NCBI GenBank assembly: GCA_035354195.1
Contig: DAOQAT010000006.1
Location: forward strand, 12,842 to 76,841
Direction of reading: 5' to 3'
DNA length: 64,000 bases
From: Bacteroidales bacterium
GTDB lineage: Bacteria > Bacteroidota > Bacteroidia > Bacteroidales > CAIWKO01
The notes under the pieces were generated by a model. It searched no databases. It was not told the origin of the DNA and was given only the letters and a program-made list of their open reading frames with translations. Below, piece by piece: positions 55,595 through 61,587 of the stretch (position 1 is its first letter; each line of letters begins with the position of its first letter). A program made the translations under genes and the position numbers.

Positions 55595-58003
55595 TCATTT
55601 CAATTGAAAATGGATCGGTAACGTCATTTTGGAATTGGTGTTTTTACCATTTTGTTTTCCGGGTTTCCATTTTTTGTTCATCATTTTTACAACTCGCACT
55701 GCTTCTTCATCACAGCCACCGCCAATGCCTCTTTTCACGGTGACATTCGCGACGCTGCCGTCAGCTTTAACAGTGAATTCAATATAAACAGTACCTGAAA
55801 TTCCTTTGGTTTTTGCCTCTGCCGGATAGACCAGGTGAAGTTTAATAAACGCGTCCATAGCCGTTTGTCCTCCAATAAATTCAGGCATTTCTTCAACAGC
55901 ATTAAAAACTACCGGGCTTTGTTCTTCGGTATCATCAAGCTCAACCTTACGTTCCATAACAACACCGTGCGAAGGCATTACTTTCATGCACGACTTGTTA
56001 CCGCTGGCAGATCCATACCCGCCTACTGCATAATCGCTCACGTTTTCCGGTAATGGCAGAGGCTGTTTAACGGTAGCCTGTTTGCCTCCTTTGTTTCTGA
56101 CAATAGAATCTATGGCAATAAATGAGGTGTAGTTGGTCAGCAGGTTATATTTTAAACCCAGTCCGGTGATTTGTTCGGTAAGTTTGGGATCGTTGGCTGC
56201 ATTGTTGAAATCGTCCAGCATCCTTATCTTTTGCCTTGCCCACAAATATTTCAGCGCCCTGTTCGAAGGTGATGCTTCGGCTTTGCTGACGTCCAGCACG
56301 TATTCAAAATCTTCCTTACCGCTTTTACCTGTAATTTTAATCTTTCCAGTTGGATTTCCTTTCCATTTACCGAAAATGATCACCGGCCGCTCGGCAAGCA
56401 CATCGGGAACATTGGATGGTTCCAGATCATAAACGTCAAAACCTTCATACGTTACTTTTATATCCGTCAACACCGGGCTTTGAATATATGACCTGAATTT
56501 TTCTGCTTTAGCGTCAGCTTCTTCCTGTTTGGTTACAATAAATGATTCCCCCATACCTGCATGGGCAATGCCTTCAATCAGAAAACGGTTTACCGAAGAT
56601 CCAATGCCAAAGGCAAAGAAATTGGCTTTGTTGAGGTTGTTTTGTATCAGTTCAAACGATTCTTTTTCAACATCCACATAACCGTCAGTGGCAATGACGA
56701 ACGTTCTCGAAAACCCTTTTTGTTTTTCTACAGACAAGGCTTTTTTCAGGGCTGTCAGGAGTTCTGTACCGCCCGACCCTTGCTGTTCATCAATCATTTT
56801 TAAAGCCTTTTTCAGGTTTTCTTCGGTAGCAAAAACCGATTGCGGCATGAACATATTGGCGCATCCGGCAAACAACAATACATTGAACTTGTCCGTGGAA
56901 CGTAGGTTTTTAATAAGGTTTTCCAACACTTTTTTAGACGTTTCAATCGGATAACCGTTCATGGAACCGGATACGTCCATGATGAAAATATATTCCCTGG
57001 GAGGTATCTGGTCAACGGTGGGTTTTGGAGGTGGCTGCACCATGGCCAGGAAAAAATTTTCGCCCGGGCTAACGTTTTTGTAAAGCAAGAGCCCTGATTC
57101 TATTTTGTTGTCCGCAAGGCGGTATTGCACAATCACATCACGGTTGCCCTCCGATGTTCCTGTGTTTTTTAATTTCAGCATGGCAGAAGCCGGATTCTCG
57201 TAGTTGATCGTCATCTCGTGCGACGGGCAGCGGACATCTTTTATCGGCATGCCGGCAGCGAGGTTGATCCCGATGTTGAAGCTATAGTCTGGCTTTTCAC
57301 CGGCATGTGTGTATGGATTTGACACCCATTTGTCATTGGTAGAAGCAGTAGCTTCGGGTTTGTTTGAATAGCGCGGGCCGACGACAGTCGGATATACAAA
57401 TTCATAAACACCTTGTTCAGGGATCAAAAGTTCGGTGTAACACATTTCAATACTGATGGTGTCGCCGGGCATGATGTTGGCGACATTCATCTGAAACACG
57501 TTGGGACGCTGTTGTTCCAGCAGGGACGCGTTTTTTCCTTCACTTTTGGCCTGGTCGTATTCCTGCCGTGCCTTCTGCTTTTCCTGAATTTTGGCCGTAA
57601 TCAGCCGGTCGCCGACTTTCATTTTCATGCTGTATACGGCGGCACGCGTGGAAGCCGGGAAAATATAAATGGCTTCTATGACGTTTTTTCCACTGTTTAC
57701 ATACACCTGTTTCACGGTGACATCGGCAATAACACCGGCTATGTTCACATCGGCCGAAGTGGCTTTCAATGGCAACTGCTCGGTTTCGCTGCCTTCACTT
57801 TTTACAAAAAAGTAAGGCGACAATGTTTTGTCATCATCTTCTCCTGTTGTTTTAACAATCAGTGATTTGTTGTTTACCAAGGCCAGTTTGTCATTTGTTC
57901 TGTAACTAATTTGTGAAATGATGCTGGCCGGAATGATGAAGAAAAGAAACAGCAGTATGCAACTTACTGCCAGATTTTGATTGAAAAATTTTTGTGTTTT
58001 CAT
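55595..58003 (-). CDS. VIT domain + von Willebrand factor A domain protein fused to a C-terminal TonB_C domain
   Basis: N-terminal hydrophobic anchor/signal. VIT region (VNIAGVIADVTVKQVYVNSG...IYIFPAS...). vWA MIDAS motif FIMDVSGSM. C-terminus EEMPEFIGGQTAMDAFIKLHLVYPAEAKTKGISGTVYIEFTVKADGSVANVTVKRG...WKPGKQNGK matches the TonB C-terminal domain pattern. Confidence 0.8.
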   Translation of the reverse strand: MKTQKFFNQNLAVSCILLFLFFIIPASIISQISYRTNDKLALVNNKSLIVKTTGEDDDKTLSPYFFVKSEGSETEQLPLKATSADVNIAGVIADVTVKQVYVNSGKNVIEAIYIFPASTRAAVYSMKMKVGDRLITAKIQEKQKARQEYDQAKSEGKNASLLEQQRPNVFQMNVANIMPGDTISIEMCYTELLIPEQGVYEFVYPTVVGPRYSNKPEATASTNDKWVSNPYTHAGEKPDYSFNIGINLAAGMPIKDVRCPSHEMTINYENPASAMLKLKNTGTSEGNRDVIVQYRLADNKIESGLLLYKNVSPGENFFLAMVQPPPKPTVDQIPPREYIFIMDVSGSMNGYPIETSKKVLENLIKNLRSTDKFNVLLFAGCANMFMPQSVFATEENLKKALKMIDEQQGSGGTELLTALKKALSVEKQKGFSRTFVIATDGYVDVEKESFELIQNNLNKANFFAFGIGSSVNRFLIEGIAHAGMGESFIVTKQEEADAKAEKFRSYIQSPVLTDIKVTYEGFDVYDLEPSNVPDVLAERPVIIFGKWKGNPTGKIKITGKSGKEDFEYVLDVSKAEASPSNRALKYLWARQKIRMLDDFNNAANDPKLTEQITGLGLKYNLLTNYTSFIAIDSIVRNKGGKQATVKQPLPLPENVSDYAVGGYGSASGNKSCMKVMPSHGVVMERKVELDDTEEQSPVVFNAVEEMPEFIGGQTAMDAFIKLHLVYPAEAKTKGISGTVYIEFTVKADGSVANVTVKRGIGGGCDEEAVRVVKMMNKKWKPGKQNGKNTNSKMTLPIHFQLK

Positions 58004-58318
58004 GGCTTTGGGATTTAAAATAATTAGTATCAGAAATTATTGAATGTGGTTAAGATGTTATTTTAAAATTTTTCCATAAAATTTTTTAATAAACTTAGTT
58101 GATGGCTGAAGATCAGATATTCGTGTTAATGAAACCGGCCATTCAAAATCAGTAAAGCGTACCATTATTCAAGTTAAAGGTGGCCGGATAGTTATTGTTT
58201 TACTTTCAATTGAAATTCTATGAATTCCTCCCCGGTACTTAAATTCAAATTATGCTTTCAGGTTTGAAATTGTATTTGGCTATACACATTATTTGTATTT
58301 TTACACAAATATTTTTGA

Positions 58319-59503
58319 ATGGTACAGAATATCGAAAAAATCGAACAGTCACTCTCAAAAGTTCTGGCATACGCTGACAGCCACGATTACAAAGGCTATA
58401 ACAAATACGATGCACTCGATAGTAAATTCCTCTGGTTTATGTCCTTTGGAAGCAAGTTTTTGCGCCTGTTATACAGCCAGGTGGTGATGCGTGCCCCGGT
58501 CAATATCAGGCCGCTGTTTTTTGTCCCCCAAACCCGCAATCCGAAAGGTATAGCACTGTTTTCACTGGCTTATATGAACCGCTACAAAGCACATGGGAAT
58601 GCAAAAGATCTTGCAGAAGCCGAACTTCTACTTGATTGGCTTTTGCAAAATCCATCCAAAACAGAATGGGGAATGTGCTGGGGTTATCAGCACCCATGGC
58701 AGGATGTTGGCTTTTTTGCACCGGCCCACCTGCCCAACCGCGTGGTAACCTATTTTGTTACAACTGCTATGATGGACGCCTATGAAATTACCGGAAACGA
58801 AAAATACCTGCAAGCATCAGAATCTGCGCTTACATTTTTGTTAAAAGCTCCAAAAGTGCTGTACGAAGATGATACTATGAAATGCCTGAGTTATGTGCCT
58901 TCCGAAAAGATCAACTGGATCGTGATGGACGTTAGCATACTAACGGGATCTATCGTGGCGCGTGTAAATAAATATCTTAAAGATGAAGATCTTGCAAAAG
59001 AAGCGCGCAAACTGGTGAATTTTGTTGTCGACAAACAAACTGATTACGGCGCCTGGTACTACACGCATCCGGCCGGTGACCACCCGCGCAAACATGATAA
59101 TTACCACACCGGTTATATTGTAGACGCTATCCTTGATTACATGGACCATTCCGGCGATCAGTCTTTTATGGAGCAATACCTGAAGGGCGTGAAATATTAT
59201 AAAGAGAATTTGTTTTTACCCGATGGCGCGCCCAAATGGGCCAACGACAAGACGTATCCCTTTGATGTGCACGGATCCGCACAAGGAATTATCTCCTTTG
59301 TGAAAGCCTCAAGGTTTGATAAAAGCTATGTTGAACTGGCTGAAAAGATCGCCAACTGGGCCATAGATAATATGCAAAACCAGAAAAAAGGATTTTTCTA
59401 CTATCAGAAAACGTCGTTATTCCGTAAACCTTATACACTGATGCGCTGGTCGTGTGGATGGATGGGCCGGGGACTAAGTGAGTTGGTAAATAGTAAATTA
59501 TAA
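58319..59503 (+). CDS. conserved hypothetical protein, alpha-helical repeat (possible alpha/alpha-toroid, glycan-modifying enzyme-like)
   Basis: 394-aa ORF with no signal peptide. Recurrent aromatic-rich helical hairpin pattern (WGYQHPWQD, DYGAWYY, HTGYIVDAI, FDVHGSAQGI). The fold assignment is a guess. Confidence 0.4.
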   Translation: MVQNIEKIEQSLSKVLAYADSHDYKGYNKYDALDSKFLWFMSFGSKFLRLLYSQVVMRAPVNIRPLFFVPQTRNPKGIALFSLAYMNRYKAHGNAKDLAEAELLLDWLLQNPSKTEWGMCWGYQHPWQDVGFFAPAHLPNRVVTYFVTTAMMDAYEITGNEKYLQASESALTFLLKAPKVLYEDDTMKCLSYVPSEKINWIVMDVSILTGSIVARVNKYLKDEDLAKEARKLVNFVVDKQTDYGAWYYTHPAGDHPRKHDNYHTGYIVDAILDYMDHSGDQSFMEQYLKGVKYYKENLFLPDGAPKWANDKTYPFDVHGSAQGIISFVKASRFDKSYVELAEKIANWAIDNMQNQKKGFFYYQKTSLFRKPYTLMRWSCGWMGRGLSELVNSKL

Positions 59504-59506
59504 TTA

Positions 59507-59576
59507 AATTCAGAATGCAGAATTCAGAATGCAGAATTCGGAATTGAGAATTCAGAATAAATTTGGAATTAAATTT
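59507..59576. repeat. 14-bp-period tandem array A (unit AATTCAGAATGCAG, decaying copies)
   Basis: AATTCAGAATGCAG AATTCAGAATGCAG AATTCGGAATTGAG AATTCAGAATAAAT TTGGAATTAAATTT, between the stop at 59503 and the ATG at 59591. Confidence 0.85.
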
Positions 59577-59590
59577 AAATTTTATCTTTT

Positions 59591-59953
59591 ATGGTTGATT
59601 TTGATTTAAAATTACGAACAAGAAAATTTGCGATTCAGGTTTTCAGGTTTGCTGAAAAAATGCCGAGAACCATTGGTAATGATATTGTTTCTAAACAAAT
59701 CATTCGATCATCAAGTTCCGTTGCTGCTAATTACAGATCAGTTAATCGTGCAAAATCTCAGGCAGATTTTATTAATAAGCTGGTTATTGTCCAGAAAGAG
59801 GCTGATGAAACATTATTCTGGCTGGAATTTATATCTGATTTGGAAATTATTACAAATAAATTGGAATTAACCTCCCTGATGAATGAAAGTGAACAAATTT
59901 TATCTATTATTACAAAATCAATAATTACTTCAAAAAATAAATTTAAAAAATAG
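59591..59953 (+). CDS. four-helix-bundle protein (23S rRNA intervening-sequence protein / Avd-like family, TIGR02436)
   Basis: 120 aa. FAIQVFRFAEKMPRTIGNDIVSKQIIRSSSSVAANYRSVNRAKSQADFINKLVIVQKEADETLFWLEFI follows the family consensus (QllRs.tSi.aN..Eg..r.s..df..kl.ia..Ea.Et..wl). Confidence 0.8.
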   Translation: MVDFDLKLRTRKFAIQVFRFAEKMPRTIGNDIVSKQIIRSSSSVAANYRSVNRAKSQADFINKLVIVQKEADETLFWLEFISDLEIITNKLELTSLMNESEQILSIITKSIITSKNKFKK

Positions 59954-59997
59954 TTTGTTTTCAAAATTTCCCAATTAAAAAATAATTTACGTGTTAA

Positions 59998-60107
59998 AAA
60001 TAATTCTGAAATTTGACTTCTGATCCGCCGCGGCGGACTGACTTCTGAAATCTAACTTCTGAAATCTAACTTCTGAAATCTAACTTCTGAAATCTGACTT
60101 CTGAACT
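59998..60107. repeat. 14-bp-period tandem array B (unit CTAACTTCTGAAAT) interrupted by the palindrome TCCGCCGCGGCGGA
   Basis: AATAATTCTGAAAT TTGACTTCTGA[TCCGCCGCGGCGGA]CTGACTTCTGAAAT (CTAACTTCTGAAAT)x3 CTGACTTCTGAACT. It ends 3 nt before the ATG at 60111. Confidence 0.9.
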
Positions 60108-60110
60108 AAT

Positions 60111-61412
60111 ATGAAAAAAGTCCTTTTTATAACATACTATTGGCCGCCGGCAGGCGGTGCGCCTATCAACAGGATACTGAAGTTTTATCAATACCTGCAT
60201 GAGTTCGGCTGGGAACCTGTAATACTCACTACCGAAGGTGGCGACTTCCCTTTTGAAGATGAAAGTTTATTGAAAGAAGTTAAGCCGGAAACAAAGATAT
60301 ATCGATCTAAAGGCTTGAGCCTGCATAAAATCTTCAGCAAGGTGTCGCCGAAATCAAAAAAGAATTTTGTGCCTTATGGATTTACCGATGCCTCAAAAAG
60401 TTCGTTTATGGACAAATTGTCGCGCTGGGTGAAATACAACTTTATTCCGGATACACGCTTCCCCTGGTATTTCTCGACGGTGCGCAAGGCAGTAAAAATT
60501 ATCAATGATGAAAAAATTGACCTGATCTTCAGTTCATCACCGCCGCAGACCAACCACCTGATCGCCCGCAAAGCTGCCAGAAAGACCGGCTTGCCCTGGG
60601 TTGCCGACTTCCGTGATCCGTGGACCGATGTGTTTTGGTTGCTGAATAATTCAATTCGCTGGAAATGCATACATAATATTGACAAACGAATTGAACGGAA
60701 AACCATTGCGAAAATGGATGCCGTGATAACTGTCGGGCCTTCACTTGTCGAAATACTTCAGCGCAAGACGTCCAAAAAGATCAACCTGATCAGCAATGGT
60801 TACGATGATAAATACTTTGCGGGCTTCCATTACAAACCCAATCAAAAATTCAGGATTACTTATGCCGGCAGCCTGAGCAAAGAGCAGGACCCTGTTTGTT
60901 TTTTCAATGCGCTGGAATTGCTGAAAGACAACAAGGATTTTTATGAAAATTCAGAATTGTTGTTTCTGGGCAATTTCCCCGTGTACCTCAAAGACCTGAT
61001 TGAAAAATCATCGTATAAGGAAAAAACCATTTTTCTTCCGTATACTTTTTATACAGATTCTCTGGAAAGCATTGCTAATTCTGAATTGTTGCTCTTGATC
61101 GTCCCTAAAACCTCCGATAATAAATGCATCATCACCAGCAAACTTTTTGATTATATGGGAGCACAGCGGCCAGTGCTGGCTTTTGGCCCGACAGACGGTG
61201 ATGCAGCTGTGATCCTAAGTGATGCGGGAGCCGGCGCCATTTATGATTATCCCGATAGCCGGAATGCGGCAGATTTTATTCTTAAGAATTTTTCTGCATG
61301 GAAAAACAAAGAAGAAAGTACATTGGTTCAGAAAGAAAAAATAGAACGCTTCACCCGCCGCAACCTGACCAAACAGTTAGCTGAAATTTTTGATAATGCC
61401 GTTAACTCCTGA
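60111..61412 (+). CDS. GT-B fold glycosyltransferase (family 4 / group 1-like)
   Basis: N-terminus KVLFITYYWPPAGGAPINR, and a C-terminal nucleotide-sugar-binding-type region SKLFDYMGAQRPVLAFGPTDGDAAVIL. Confidence 0.75.
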   Translation: MKKVLFITYYWPPAGGAPINRILKFYQYLHEFGWEPVILTTEGGDFPFEDESLLKEVKPETKIYRSKGLSLHKIFSKVSPKSKKNFVPYGFTDASKSSFMDKLSRWVKYNFIPDTRFPWYFSTVRKAVKIINDEKIDLIFSSSPPQTNHLIARKAARKTGLPWVADFRDPWTDVFWLLNNSIRWKCIHNIDKRIERKTIAKMDAVITVGPSLVEILQRKTSKKINLISNGYDDKYFAGFHYKPNQKFRITYAGSLSKEQDPVCFFNALELLKDNKDFYENSELLFLGNFPVYLKDLIEKSSYKEKTIFLPYTFYTDSLESIANSELLLLIVPKTSDNKCIITSKLFDYMGAQRPVLAFGPTDGDAAVILSDAGAGAIYDYPDSRNAADFILKNFSAWKNKEESTLVQKEKIERFTRRNLTKQLAEIFDNAVNS

Positions 61413-61430
61413 GTTCAGCAATACCTCAAT

Positions 61431-61587
61431 CCTAATTCTGCCCTGTCCGGCTGATCCGCCATCTGGCGGACGTTCAGGCGGGCTTCCTAATTCTGAATTC
61501 ACATCCGCCGCGGCGGACTGCATTTTCACTTCTGCCTTCTAATTCTGCCTTCATAATTCTGAATTCATACTTCATACTTCTGCCTTC
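61431..61587. repeat. degenerate TTCTG(A/C)-type array C with embedded palindromes
   Basis: (C/T/A)(C/T)TAATTCTG occurs at 61431, 61486, 61538 and 61552. The tight 14-bp-period part is TTCTGCCTTCTAA TTCTGCCTTCATAA TTCTGAATTCATAC TTCATACTTCTGCC. It contains TCCGCCATCTGGCGGA (61455-61470) and TCCGCCGCGGCGGA (61504-61517). It fills the whole convergent spacer. Confidence 0.8.

Noticed and set aside
58133-58190. CCGGCCA…TGGCCGG inverted repeat in the 315-nt spacer upstream of 58319, considered as an invertible-promoter boundary
   Set aside because: Only 7 bp, enclosing ~40 nt, which is far shorter than known Bacteroidota invertible promoters. There is no recombinase gene nearby.
59591-59953. Diversity-generating retroelement, suggested by the Avd-like four-helix-bundle protein
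   Set aside because: No reverse transcriptase ORF, no template/variable repeat pair with A-specific mismatches, and no C-type-lectin or Ig target gene adjacent.
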